From the IMG/VR virus record IMGVR_UViG_3300025138_000016: a DNA stretch of 64,000 bases; one strand, 5' to 3'. This document shows, piece by piece, positions 26,541 to 36,239 of this stretch (its first letter is position 1; the number at the start of each line of letters is the position of its first letter). This DNA comes from a virus. The position numbers were made by a program, and so were the translations under genes. The notes under the pieces are model-generated. The model worked only from the letters and a program-made list of their open reading frames with translations, ran no database searches and was not told where the DNA came from.

Positions 26541-28151
26541 TTATTCTCCGTAAAAATTAGTTATAAACTCTCTACAATTATTGTAAGCGTTCGTAGTCCC
26601 TGAGTCAACAGTAGTCCAGGCTGACCCATCATATGTTCTATGTATGCATTGTGTATAAGTAGGATATACAAAGTATAGCTTCTCAGTAATATTACTACCG
26701 TCTACTAATGTACGTGCTACAGACATATACTCATTAGGTTGTAGTAAAGTCTGATAACCATCTATTTCATCGTACGTAAGTACTATGCCTTGTATTGTAC
26801 CAAGTGTACCGTTATAGTCTATATCCGAATAAACAACGGGTACGTTAGGGAGAATCTGGGAGACCCCAGGGTCTACACTAAAAGTATAACTATAGTGATC
26901 ATTTCTATTATCTTTTTTCTGAGTGAACTCTACATTAACGTTAGTAGGAAGATCAGCTACATTACAATAAGCTTCATAACTTAAGCCGTTATGATGAGAT
27001 ATATTATACTCAGTTACATACGTAGCATCTTCTTTAAAATATTTAAGAGTATAATCATTAGCACAAATACCATCTTTTATTTCCTCTCTTATAACATAGC
27101 TAGTTATATAGTCAACTACACTAGTAGTACTTACACCACCAATATCAGCTCTATAAGAAGCAGCATGCTGCTTTAAATTATTATATGTGGGAGTATATCC
27201 AGATCCTAAAGTACCATCACTTCTATTCAAAGTAGTTTCAGAAGTATTAAGAAGAAAATAGTTAGACCATCCACCTATATCTGCTCCTGTGAAGTGAGCG
27301 CGCATATTAAAGGCCAGCGCGTTTAGCTCCGCGTTATCTATAACCTGACCTATTGCAGTATCTGAGATATATAATGAACTTGGCATAGCTTCACCGACCA
27401 TATTTTCTAATACAGTATCAAGGTCAGTTCGTAAGGGTTCTAAGAGTTGGAGGAAGTCAACGATAGTTTCAGCGCGGCTAATCCATTCAGCATTATCACT
27501 AGCAATGAAATCAGAATAAAGGTCATCGAAAGTAATACCATAATTGTTATAGAGGTCAGACTCGAAAGCAGCCGTTTTAGAAAATACATAACTTGCGATG
27601 TTGTCGGCATCAGACCCACAACCTTCTGCCACACTGACTGAAACGTTATTGTAGGCACTTTTAGCTTCATTTATATACTCCAGAAATATTCCAGTGAATG
27701 GTGATATATTACCACGTGAGGGTATGTTAGTTAGAACATCACTTCCTCTTTCAGTAGGTATAAGATACATATCAAAAGCAGTATCGATATATCCTCGTGT
27801 CGTATCAACAGCACCAACAGGAACATTTACAACAACAGGTCTTGATCTAGCACAAGCGACTGTTATATTATTTATACCACCGAATTGATTACTATCATTC
27901 GTGAAGTAATATGTACCTTCAGCATCAGTTAATGCAGTTGGCTCTCCAGCATCTTGAACTAGGTTCCAATTAAAGTCAATAAAGACATTAGCACCGTCAA
28001 TATAACCATCAATAGCTTTACCATAAAGCCAATAGCTAGTAGAAGGAGGACTAGTTTGAGGGGCAACTTCTAATACTGCTAAAGATGCACCGCCTCCACC
28101 TCCGCAAGCCGTAATTAAAAGGCAGAGTAGTATCGTATATAATTTGTTCAT
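26541..28151 (-). CDS. Large lipoprotein
   Basis: Lipobox LITA-C followed by GGGGG; GKAIDGYIDGANVFIDFNWN...EP motif seen in proteobacterial surface lipoproteins. Confidence 0.8.
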   Translation of the reverse strand: MNKLYTILLCLLITACGGGGGASLAVLEVAPQTSPPSTSYWLYGKAIDGYIDGANVFIDFNWNLVQDAGEPTALTDAEGTYYFTNDSNQFGGINNITVACARSRPVVVNVPVGAVDTTRGYIDTAFDMYLIPTERGSDVLTNIPSRGNISPFTGIFLEYINEAKSAYNNVSVSVAEGCGSDADNIASYVFSKTAAFESDLYNNYGITFDDLYSDFIASDNAEWISRAETIVDFLQLLEPLRTDLDTVLENMVGEAMPSSLYISDTAIGQVIDNAELNALAFNMRAHFTGADIGGWSNYFLLNTSETTLNRSDGTLGSGYTPTYNNLKQHAASYRADIGGVSTTSVVDYITSYVIREEIKDGICANDYTLKYFKEDATYVTEYNISHHNGLSYEAYCNVADLPTNVNVEFTQKKDNRNDHYSYTFSVDPGVSQILPNVPVVYSDIDYNGTLGTIQGIVLTYDEIDGYQTLLQPNEYMSVARTLVDGSNITEKLYFVYPTYTQCIHRTYDGSAWTTVDSGTTNAYNNCREFITNFYGE

Positions 28152-28190
28152 AATATCACCGTAAAATTAATATACATTATTATATCTTAC

Positions 28191-28799
28191 TTAATCTCCA
28201 GATTGCAACTCTTTTCCAAAATGAAAGATCCTAGAATCAGAGCTATAACTAAACCATCCTGTAGCGATATACTTAACACTCTTTAAGTCAGGTGTACTAG
28301 CATGGTAGTGTGTATAGGCTGCTGGCCAATAAATTAATGAGCCGGCTTCAGGCTTAAATTCTATATCATGCTGAGGGAATATTGTCCTACCACCTTCAGG
28401 TACATCATTTAAATATATCATCCATACCATAAATCTTGAACTGGATAATTCTGAATTACCTTGCTCAGTATGTAAGCCTGTAAAACCTCCACCTGGGTTT
28501 GCTTTTTGAAACTTAATATGTTCTAAGTGATGCCAATGCTCATTATTACCTTCCCAGTCATCAGGCTTATTAGCCTTAATAGCATCACATATTAAATCGG
28601 TTGCAGGCTCTAATGATTGAAAGTTAACAGGAAAGATACTTATATCATTTCTGTGATCATTATTATCAACAAATATTCCTTTTGGTCTTTCGACATCAGG
28701 TGCGAAGTATTCTGATTTTGTTTCAATCGCTGCTATAATATCCTTACAATCTTGTCTTGAGATTGCTTCAGGTATTATTTGTATAAAGTTCTTAGACAT
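28191..28799 (-). CDS. 2OG-Fe(II) oxygenase (prolyl-4-hydroxylase-like)
   Basis: HTE, WMIYLNDV..GG.T.F, WPAAYTHYH and KYIATGW motifs. Confidence 0.9.
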   Translation of the reverse strand: MSKNFIQIIPEAISRQDCKDIIAAIETKSEYFAPDVERPKGIFVDNNDHRNDISIFPVNFQSLEPATDLICDAIKANKPDDWEGNNEHWHHLEHIKFQKANPGGGFTGLHTEQGNSELSSSRFMVWMIYLNDVPEGGRTIFPQHDIEFKPEAGSLIYWPAAYTHYHASTPDLKSVKYIATGWFSYSSDSRIFHFGKELQSGD

Positions 28800-29436
28800 A
28801 ATATTGTAATTGTTCCTCAGTACATATTGCTTTTAGTTCATTACACTTTGAGCATTTCATACAATGCTTCTTATTACCTTCAAAGCATACGTAAATAAGC
28901 TTCTTTAATTGATCAGGTAACATTTGATATTGTTCTTGTTTACTAAGATGGGCAAGAGGTGCTTGAAAAGAGAGAGATAAATCAACTGTTGCAGCTGCTT
29001 TAACATAACCCTCGTACTGTGCTTCACCAAACTCATGGAAGCTATCTCCTGCTGTATCATTAGGTGTTAGTTTACCACCATTATGACCAAAGTAAACAGC
29101 TTGAACTATATTAGTAATAGCTAAGTTAAAAGCTATTGTTGCCCATTGCTGATGCATTGGAGGAAAGCCATTATAATTAAATGTCTTTTTATAATGCTCG
29201 TGTGACGCTTCCCTATTAAACAAATAGCCTGAAGCAGGATTATAATCAGTATGTATAGTTGTTACTTCAACTCCAAGCAGTTTAGCTTTTTGTTGTATAG
29301 TATTTATTTCTCCAGGATTAGATTTAATATGAAAGCAATAAGGTTCATATCCATTCTTCTTTAAATGATATACTAATGCTGTTGATTCAACTCCACCTGA
29401 AAATGGTACTATTATACTATAGTTACGCAGCATCAT
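28792..29436 (-). CDS. QueC-like PP-loop ATPase (second, divergent copy)
   Basis: FSGGVEST PP-loop, APLAHLSK and C-x6-HC-x2-C-x2-C zinc site. Confidence 0.75.
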   Translation of the reverse strand: MMLRNYSIIVPFSGGVESTALVYHLKKNGYEPYCFHIKSNPGEINTIQQKAKLLGVEVTTIHTDYNPASGYLFNREASHEHYKKTFNYNGFPPMHQQWATIAFNLAITNIVQAVYFGHNGGKLTPNDTAGDSFHEFGEAQYEGYVKAAATVDLSLSFQAPLAHLSKQEQYQMLPDQLKKLIYVCFEGNKKHCMKCSKCNELKAICTEEQLQYYV

Positions 29437-29593
29437 TTGATGTATCAGGATGTGAGACATTCATTTCGATATATGCTTTCATAAATCTTCTCACTTCGCG
29501 AGACACAGACGTATCGTTTGCTTTACATGCATGCTTGAAGTCTTTCTTAACTTCTGGGCATACTTTGATAAGCATCTGTACTTTCTCATCCAT
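29423..29593 (-). CDS. Ribbon-helix-helix (Arc/CopG-like) DNA-binding protein (56 aa)
   Basis: Not in the ORF track. MDEKVQMLIKVCPEVKKDFKHACKANDTSVSREVRRFMKAYIE...; beta-alpha-alpha pattern and GAGG RBS. Confidence 0.75.
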   Translation of the reverse strand: MDEKVQMLIKVCPEVKKDFKHACKANDTSVSREVRRFMKAYIEMNVSHPDTSNDAA

Positions 29594-29628
29594 CTTTAAT
29601 TCCTCGGTCTTATATATATTATATATAG

Positions 29629-29636
29629 TATTTATA
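29629..29636 (-). promoter_or_regulatory. T4-type late promoter
   Basis: TATAAATA on the minus strand upstream of the RHH gene. Confidence 0.6.
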
Positions 29637-29650
29637 TACTAGGAGCTACT

Positions 29651-29728
29651 ATGATACAGATTTGGAATTCATTTCACAAATTAATGAAGTCTGGTCGCTT
29701 AGATAAAGTCGTTAAACTTACTCACTAA
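29651..29728 (+). CDS. Putative 25-aa peptide on the + strand
   Basis: AGGAG-ctact-ATG, then MIQIWNSFHKLMKSGRLDKVVKLTH*; overlaps the gp41 3' end in antisense. Confidence 0.5.
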   Translation: MIQIWNSFHKLMKSGRLDKVVKLTH

Positions 29729-31063
29729 GCCCTTACCAGCGTCCGTCTTATCAAAGACGGGCGTATCTTCAACCAAATCATCCTGAGCAGTCTGCTCTAC
29801 ATCATAAAGCTTCATCTTCGCTCTATCCACCCCAACTACAAATCGTCTATTATAATTAGGATCTGAATATCTATTCTTTAACTGCTTAAATAATATCTGA
29901 GCTAAGTCTTCTAGTTCTTCAGTACTTATCATAGCAAACATAAAGTCAGCAGTAGCAGGTAGTCCAAACGATTCAGAAGTATCTTCTAGTCCAACATCAG
30001 ACGATGTATAACCAGATCTAGTTACCTGCGTAGCAGATACAATAGGTACATTAAACTCAACAGCTAAGCCTCTAAGCTCTTCAGCAATAGACTTAACAAT
30101 AGTATATGAGTTAGCACTTGCACCTTTAACTCTAGCACTCATACATATATTAAGATAATCAATATAGATTATATCAGGTATGAATTGCTTCTTAATTTTA
30201 AGCTCTTGAAGTAAATGTCTAAAGTGACCAGCATGAGCGCCTGCAGTAGGATACTCTTTAACAATAAGTTTACCGCTAGTCTTAGAAGATACTCTACCCA
30301 TCTTCTTCTGATAGGCTTCTCTAGGTAGCATTTTTAATTCATCAATAGTAGTATTAAGTAAGTTAGCATCTATACGCTCAGCTATTCGCTCTTCAGCCAT
30401 TTCCATAGTAATGTATAATACATTAAGGCCTTGCATTAGATTAGCAGCAGCACAGTGACACATAAAGAGAGACTTACCTACACCAGTACCAGCCATAGCT
30501 ATATTTAAAGTCTTTCTATTTAAACCGCCTTGAGTGATACGATTAAGATAATCTATATCAAAAGGTACCTTAACTTCTTTCTTCTGATAGAAGTCAAATC
30601 GCTCTTCAGCATCATCAATAAAGTCATGCCCGATATGATTATCAAACGATACAGATAAAGCATCGGATAGCATCTGAGGTAGAGCACCTTTATCTTCATT
30701 AGTAGTACCATCTAAAATTTGTATACCATCCATGATAGCATTATAGACTGCTTTCTCTTGACAGAACTTCTCAGTACTATCTACTACCCACTCAGTATCT
30801 TTCTCTTCAGAGGGTTTAAGTTCTTTAATATAGGTATCAGCTTCTAGAGCTATATCATCAGACATTCCGCCTGTATTAGACATCTCAATAGCTAAAGCGT
30901 CCTGACTAGGACATAGGTTATATTTTTCATGATACTCAGCAATACAATTAAAGAGTTTCTTCTCTACTATGTTACTAAAGTATTCAGCTTTAAGGAAAGG
31001 TATACACTTACGAGTATACTCATCGTTAAATACTAGGTTACTTATTATAGTTTTTTCTATCAT
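29699..31063 (-). CDS. 41: Replicative DNA helicase (T4 gp41-like)
   Basis: AGTGVGKS, YITMEMAEE, IDYLNI, ATQ, SESFGLPATAD and KQLKNRY motifs. Confidence 0.97.
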   Translation of the reverse strand: MIEKTIISNLVFNDEYTRKCIPFLKAEYFSNIVEKKLFNCIAEYHEKYNLCPSQDALAIEMSNTGGMSDDIALEADTYIKELKPSEEKDTEWVVDSTEKFCQEKAVYNAIMDGIQILDGTTNEDKGALPQMLSDALSVSFDNHIGHDFIDDAEERFDFYQKKEVKVPFDIDYLNRITQGGLNRKTLNIAMAGTGVGKSLFMCHCAAANLMQGLNVLYITMEMAEERIAERIDANLLNTTIDELKMLPREAYQKKMGRVSSKTSGKLIVKEYPTAGAHAGHFRHLLQELKIKKQFIPDIIYIDYLNICMSARVKGASANSYTIVKSIAEELRGLAVEFNVPIVSATQVTRSGYTSSDVGLEDTSESFGLPATADFMFAMISTEELEDLAQILFKQLKNRYSDPNYNRRFVVGVDRAKMKLYDVEQTAQDDLVEDTPVFDKTDAGKGLVSKFNDFI

Positions 31064-31653
31064 CGTTTAAAAGACGCATTAAATGAGATTGATATTCTCG
31101 GTTCATCGGTAGCTTTTTGCTCAGGAACACTATGCTCCAACCATCCAGGCCATATAAACAAGTCGCCGCTTTTAGGGTTAAACTTTTGCTCTTGCTCCCA
31201 TCTATTAAGGAAGCCTTCACCGCCTGCCCACCCTTTGATTATAGCGTAGAACGGGCTTCGGATCAAGAAAGGACTAGAATCACTATCAGTGTAGATATAA
31301 ACAGTACCCGAAAGTAAACTTCTACCGTGGTCGTGCCAACAGTGGTGAATACCTTCACTGTAGACATTATACCATGCCTGAATGCCATCAGCATCAAGTT
31401 TAGCAGCGAGGTCCGGGTTAGTATCGAGACAAGTCCCAACATACCCTTTCGCGAATTTGAGGATTTCATTTATTATATCTTCCTTATGTTTAACACCCAC
31501 TAATCCATCTTCATCATAGAATGAAGTATAGTTAGTCTTGTCAGGGGATTTACTATTACGTAATGATAAGATGCTTTGTCGAATTTCTTCTAAGTTAAGA
31601 CTCGACTGCTCCGTCAACATTGGTATCGGAAATAAGTCCTTCATCTTCTTCAC
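31060..31653 (-). CDS. 2OG-Fe(II) oxygenase (TIGR02466-like)
   Basis: WYNVY...HDH..S.LSGTVY, WPGWLEHSV and RISISFN motifs. Confidence 0.88.
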   Translation of the reverse strand: MKKMKDLFPIPMLTEQSSLNLEEIRQSILSLRNSKSPDKTNYTSFYDEDGLVGVKHKEDIINEILKFAKGYVGTCLDTNPDLAAKLDADGIQAWYNVYSEGIHHCWHDHGRSLLSGTVYIYTDSDSSPFLIRSPFYAIIKGWAGGEGFLNRWEQEQKFNPKSGDLFIWPGWLEHSVPEQKATDEPRISISFNASFKR

Positions 31654-32665
31654 TCCCGTATTGATATTCTTTTTTAGCTGCTAAGTCGAGCTGAGCTAAG
31701 AACTCTTCGGTAAAATATTTATCAGGGTTACTATATACTGCTTTAGCATATACTTTTGACCCATCAGGCATCTCAATTCTAGTAGATACCTTCTTAACTA
31801 ATCCATACTTCTCAGCAAGGTCTAATAGTCCATAGTATCTATCTAAGCCAGTTTCATATGAAAGCTTAACTTCTACTTTCTTATTCTCTTTTGATAGTCT
31901 TGACTTAAATGTAGTACACTTAATAATGTTACCAACTATGTCAGTACCTTCTTTATCTTTCTTCTTACCTAACATACAAATAGTAGAAGCAGCATACTTA
32001 AGACCACTACCACCGCCAATTGCTTTCATAGGTACATATGCTCCTACGACATCATAAACATGATTAGTAACTAGCATAGGAACTTTAACTTTAGCAAGCT
32101 TAAGAGTAAGTACTCTAAATGTAGCTTTAATAATCTGAGCCTTAGTCATATCCCTTGTCTCTTTACCCTCAGCAGTATCTTCCATCTCTTTAGTAGTAGA
32201 TAGTAAGCCTAATGAATCAAGTACGAACATCATAGGAGGTCGTTTATCAATAGGTTGTGAGCTATAAGCATCGATCATTTTAAGAGCATGATGTCTAAAT
32301 GATTGAATAGTATCTGGTTCGGCTAAGATTACTCTACTAGTATCTATACCTCTTGACTCCATCATATCTTTAGTAACAGCAGCCTCAGTATCATAAAATA
32401 CAACACCAGCATCCTGATTATCTTTTAAAAACTTTTGAATAATACCTAGTACAAAGAAAGTCTTACCAGTAGCTGACTCACCAGCAAAGGCACTAATTTT
32501 ATTATTAGGCACGCCGCCATATATAGATCCAGATAGGACAGCATTTAACATATAAGAACCGGTATCGATTGACCCAGTATACTCAGCACTTCCTAGACCG
32601 TCTGCTGCTATTACGGTATCTTCATCTTTAATATCTTCAACTAGGCCACGAAAAAAATCGCTCAT
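31595..32665 (-). CDS. uvsX: RecA-like recombinase
   Basis: AGESATGKT, YDTE, VLDSLG, DMTKAQ, TNHVY and GGGSGLKYAAS motifs. Confidence 0.96.
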   Translation of the reverse strand: MSDFFRGLVEDIKDEDTVIAADGLGSAEYTGSIDTGSYMLNAVLSGSIYGGVPNNKISAFAGESATGKTFFVLGIIQKFLKDNQDAGVVFYDTEAAVTKDMMESRGIDTSRVILAEPDTIQSFRHHALKMIDAYSSQPIDKRPPMMFVLDSLGLLSTTKEMEDTAEGKETRDMTKAQIIKATFRVLTLKLAKVKVPMLVTNHVYDVVGAYVPMKAIGGGSGLKYAASTICMLGKKKDKEGTDIVGNIIKCTTFKSRLSKENKKVEVKLSYETGLDRYYGLLDLAEKYGLVKKVSTRIEMPDGSKVYAKAVYSNPDKYFTEEFLAQLDLAAKKEYQYGSEEDEGLISDTNVDGAVES

Positions 32666-32697
32666 TATAAACTCCGAATGGTTTTCTATTATACTTT

Positions 32698-32726
32698 ATT
32701 ATAACTTATATTAGGATAAGAATCAA
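32698..32726 (-). promoter_or_regulatory. Sigma70-type promoter upstream of uvsX
   Basis: Minus strand TTGATT-17 nt-TATAAT. Confidence 0.7.
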
Positions 32727-32998
32727 CCCTTATATATTTTATCTAATGCATCAGAGAACTCTTCAATCTTACCTAACCTATCAGGCCAGTAAATATAATC
32801 CTTTGATGGGTTCTTTTTAAGGTTGTTTAGCAATGGTTGAACCATACCATATAATGCTTCTACTCTTTCTTCTAATTCAGATGATGAAGCTGTTGCTGTC
32901 TCTGCGCTTTGTTTAGCGGCTTGTACAACTTCTAATTCATCAGCATCCATAGCTGAAAAGCCGAAGTCAAAGCTGTATACGTTTGATGTGTTAGCCAA
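32723..32998 (-). CDS. Conserved phage hypothetical protein
   Basis: FDFGFSA...PLLNNLKKNP.KDYIYWPDR; lies between gp43 and uvsX. Confidence 0.8.
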   Translation of the reverse strand: MANTSNVYSFDFGFSAMDADELEVVQAAKQSAETATASSSELEERVEALYGMVQPLLNNLKKNPSKDYIYWPDRLGKIEEFSDALDKIYKG

Positions 32999-35489
32999 AA
33001 TAATCCTCCAATGTCGCTCTATGTTCTATTTCCCAACCAATAGCATCAAGAATAGTTTTCATAGGATCAACAAACGATTTCGTATATTGCATATCGTAGT
33101 CTATATATTGATTAAGACCTAACGCTGTCGGAAGCTGATTAGGACAAGCTATGACGTTCTCTCTCGATGGATTAGGTACCTTAAGGTAACAGAACTTAAC
33201 TTTATCGCCGTTCTGTACTGGCTGGAATCTATCTATCTTATTTTTATTTAGCATATGGTTATACATTAACGCACCACGAACATGAATAGGAGTACCTTTT
33301 CTATAGATCTGCGATGCATCAAAATACTTCTCAAGACCTTTACACCCTCTAGGGAACGCTACATCTTCAAAAGATAACTTTCTAAACTCTTCTCTATGCT
33401 TAGCAATGAAGTCAATAATAGCTGCTTCGTCTTTAGTTATAATAACATCAAGAGCATCTTTAATATACTTACGTACAACAGCAGGAGTAGAAGATCTAAC
33501 AGCTTCGATACCCATCATCTTCATCTTAGGCTTCTCGTAACGTACACCCTCTGAGTCAAAGACGTTCATGATATATCTTTTCTTAGCAGTCCATATAGCT
33601 TTATTACCTATATTTTCTCTAGCCATGACCATCTTATTTTCCATAGCATTTACATAGGTCGCAAGCTCTCCATAACTTTTTTCAATTTTCGGTTCAATAA
33701 TTTCAGCGCAGGACTTATCAAGAAAATCGATGATCTTTCCAGTTTCAGCGCCGTCTGGAAAGACTTTATGTACAAGCGGTGCCATATTAATGTATAGAGA
33801 GTCCGTGTCGATTGCGATGACGTAGTCTTCATTTTCACTTCCTAGAGTTTTATTTAAAAATTTATTGATAGCGTTCTCGGCCCAACGAATAGATAACTGA
33901 CCACCTTTAGTAATCGATTCAGTATTATCCATATCATGCCATCTAAAGTATTCATTACCTAACGCACCATAAGCTGAGTTAAGTTGAATCTTCTTAGCCA
34001 TCTGCATATTATAAGCTTGAGATATTTTATTAGAGAGTTCGTTAGAAGGATTCTTCTCATAATCTTTCTGATGCTGAATCATCTTCTTCTTCCATACAAC
34101 TCTATCGTCATACATCTTACGCATTAACTTAGGTAAGAAGCCTTCGAAGTCTCTAGTATACATATCACCATTAGCTGATATAGTACAGTTATTATCTTTA
34201 GCTTTTTGTATTACTTTACTATAAGCACCGTCTAGTATATCTTCCATACTAGGAGCATAACCAATCTTACCTTCATACGTTTCAGGAGATATATTATACT
34301 GCATAATTAAATGAGGGTATAGAGAGTTAAGATCGAATGATACAACCCAGTCATGCATACCTACTTGAGGGTCTTTAACATAAGCACCTTCAGCAGCTCT
34401 CTCTTTATCTTTATGCTTAAACTGAGGTACAACTATATTACGATTAAGTAGATAGTTATGTATAATAAGATCCCACATCCTTACAGACGTAAATGTATCT
34501 TGATAGTTAACTTTAGCATCATAAGCGATCGCTAATACTTGATCTATTAGTTTAAGTTTCTCATCTAGTCTTTTTACTAGTACAGTATCTTGAATATTGT
34601 AGTCAATAAACTTTTCCCAATCATGCTTATAAAGATCGAATAGACTATCATGCTCAGCATAATCCAGTTTACGTTCACCTAACTCAACGTGAGCAATATG
34701 ATCTAGTCTATATGACTCTTGCATTACAAAAGTAAACTTACGATACAATTGCATATAGTCTAAGATAGAAACGCCTAACGGATCAAATACTTGATTAGGA
34801 CGTCCTGCTATATGTACAGTCCTTTCCCTTAGAGCATTAAAGGGAGACAGCTTCTTAGCAAAGTCTTCACCTATGACATTAGTAACTCTATTAACAATAT
34901 AAGGTATATCAAAGAACTCAACATTCCATCCTGATACAACATCAGGGTCAATAGCACGCCAGCAATCTAAAAACTTCATCAGTAGATGAGCTTCATCGTT
35001 ACATTGAATATACTTAATGTTATCTTCTTTAGGTGTATAAGGTTGACATCCAATAGCAACAATATTGTTATTGAACTCTAAAGTAATAGCAGTAATCTCT
35101 TTATCTGCTTTCATTATATCAGGGAAGCCTTCATCAGCAGCAACCTCGATATCAATATAAACAGTCCTTACTTGCGTAGCATCATACTCAATAGTTTCTT
35201 CAGTATAGTTATCATTAATATAAGTATAAGCAAACATAGGTAAACCATAAACAGCTTTACCAGCTATGTCTTTATTTTCTTGAATATATTTTTGAGCGTA
35301 GTGAGGGTTATCGAACTCTTTCTTCATGACAGACTTACCGTCAAGAGTAGTATAACCAGTTTCTTGTCTTACCGGGCCGGTAAAAAGATAAGGACGGCAA
35401 GGTTCCTCGTAGCTGAATCGCTCGCCGTTCTCGTAGCCTCTATGAAGGATCTTCGATCCTCTAAGCTGAACATTAGTATAAAACTTCAC
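32991..35489 (-). CDS. 43: Family B DNA polymerase (T4 gp43-like)
   Basis: DIEV exonuclease, GWNVEFFD, DYNIQD, SFDLNSLYP, KIQLNSAYG, DTDS and KKRY motifs; GTG start; no interruption. Confidence 0.98.
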   Translation of the reverse strand: MKFYTNVQLRGSKILHRGYENGERFSYEEPCRPYLFTGPVRQETGYTTLDGKSVMKKEFDNPHYAQKYIQENKDIAGKAVYGLPMFAYTYINDNYTEETIEYDATQVRTVYIDIEVAADEGFPDIMKADKEITAITLEFNNNIVAIGCQPYTPKEDNIKYIQCNDEAHLLMKFLDCWRAIDPDVVSGWNVEFFDIPYIVNRVTNVIGEDFAKKLSPFNALRERTVHIAGRPNQVFDPLGVSILDYMQLYRKFTFVMQESYRLDHIAHVELGERKLDYAEHDSLFDLYKHDWEKFIDYNIQDTVLVKRLDEKLKLIDQVLAIAYDAKVNYQDTFTSVRMWDLIIHNYLLNRNIVVPQFKHKDKERAAEGAYVKDPQVGMHDWVVSFDLNSLYPHLIMQYNISPETYEGKIGYAPSMEDILDGAYSKVIQKAKDNNCTISANGDMYTRDFEGFLPKLMRKMYDDRVVWKKKMIQHQKDYEKNPSNELSNKISQAYNMQMAKKIQLNSAYGALGNEYFRWHDMDNTESITKGGQLSIRWAENAINKFLNKTLGSENEDYVIAIDTDSLYINMAPLVHKVFPDGAETGKIIDFLDKSCAEIIEPKIEKSYGELATYVNAMENKMVMARENIGNKAIWTAKKRYIMNVFDSEGVRYEKPKMKMMGIEAVRSSTPAVVRKYIKDALDVIITKDEAAIIDFIAKHREEFRKLSFEDVAFPRGCKGLEKYFDASQIYRKGTPIHVRGALMYNHMLNKNKIDRFQPVQNGDKVKFCYLKVPNPSRENVIACPNQLPTALGLNQYIDYDMQYTKSFVDPMKTILDAIGWEIEHRATLEDYFG

Positions 35490-35522
35490 AATAAGTTAAC
35501 CATAATAAATTAATACAATCGT

Positions 35523-35551
35523 ATTATACGCGATCCTAGGACCGCGTTCAA
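35523..35551 (-). promoter_or_regulatory. Sigma70-type promoter of gp43 with palindromic spacer
   Basis: Minus strand TTGAAC-GCGGTCCTAGGATCGCG-TATAAT. Confidence 0.7.
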
Positions 35552-35554
35552 GGT

Positions 35555-35890
35555 TTAACTATGTGAAATGTTATCTGCGAATTCGATTAATTCTAATCTG
35601 CCTTTAAGCTCTGCTTTCTGAGCGTCAGTAATTCCTGCGCCATGAGCTTCGATTGCTGAATACATTGCTGCATGATCGCTATCTACTGCTGCTGCAATTT
35701 CAGCTGCTGTTAAAGTATCAAAATGGGCTACACAACTAAGTGCATGCTGCCAGATTGATGGGACTGAAGCCCAATTAGATATTGCTGCGTCTGCTTCTGC
35801 GATAGCTGAATTTCTATCAGCTTCAGAGACAGCCACGTTGTCGTTAAGAGCCATAAGCTCTTGGTCTAAAATGTCGTTTATTATAGCCAT
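35555..35890 (-). CDS. Ala/acidic-rich hypothetical protein (probably late)
   Basis: AGGAG RBS; TATAAATA at 35922-35929. Confidence 0.75.
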   Translation of the reverse strand: MAIINDILDQELMALNDNVAVSEADRNSAIAEADAAISNWASVPSIWQHALSCVAHFDTLTAAEIAAAVDSDHAAMYSAIEAHGAGITDAQKAELKGRLELIEFADNISHS

Positions 35891-35947
35891 TAATTTCTCC
35901 TAATAGAAATATTTATGTGTGTATTTATATGTTTTGATATCGTGGGC

Positions 35948-36118
35948 CTATGTTAAAAAGCTAATTACTTTAAAAGATACTAACATAAAACCAAATACAA
36001 CTAACTGAATTATACTTGCCCAGAATATCTGTCTCATTGGATGGACTTCAACTAACTTCTCAACCCAGCTTTCACTGGGTGAGAGGTTAACAACTTGTAA
36101 TATTTTTTCTTGTTTCAT
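35948..36118 (-). CDS. Small membrane protein (56 aa)
   Basis: Not in the ORF track. MKQEKILQVVNLSPSESWVEKLVEVHPMRQIFWASIIQLVVFGFMLVSFKVISFLT. Confidence 0.7.
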   Translation of the reverse strand: MKQEKILQVVNLSPSESWVEKLVEVHPMRQIFWASIIQLVVFGFMLVSFKVISFLT

Positions 36119-36228
36119 AAAACAATAATTATTTTTGAGGTTTCGATTTGTCTAAGAGCTCTCAAAGCTCCATTGACATCGGCTATAACAGCCATCAAAA
36201 GCATAAATGATATTATTACATTTTTCAT
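36115..36228 (-). CDS. Small hydrophobic peptide (37 aa)
   Basis: Not in the ORF track. GAGGAG RBS, MKNVIISFMLLMAVIADVNGALRALRQIETSKIIIVL; ATGA-coupled to the next gene. Confidence 0.6.
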   Translation of the reverse strand: MKNVIISFMLLMAVIADVNGALRALRQIETSKIIIVL

Positions 36229-36239
36229 ACTATACTCCT

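Noticed and set aside
29608-29640. TA-rich tract as a repeat array or replication origin
   Set aside because: It is short, has no iterons or spacers, and is explained by promoter elements.
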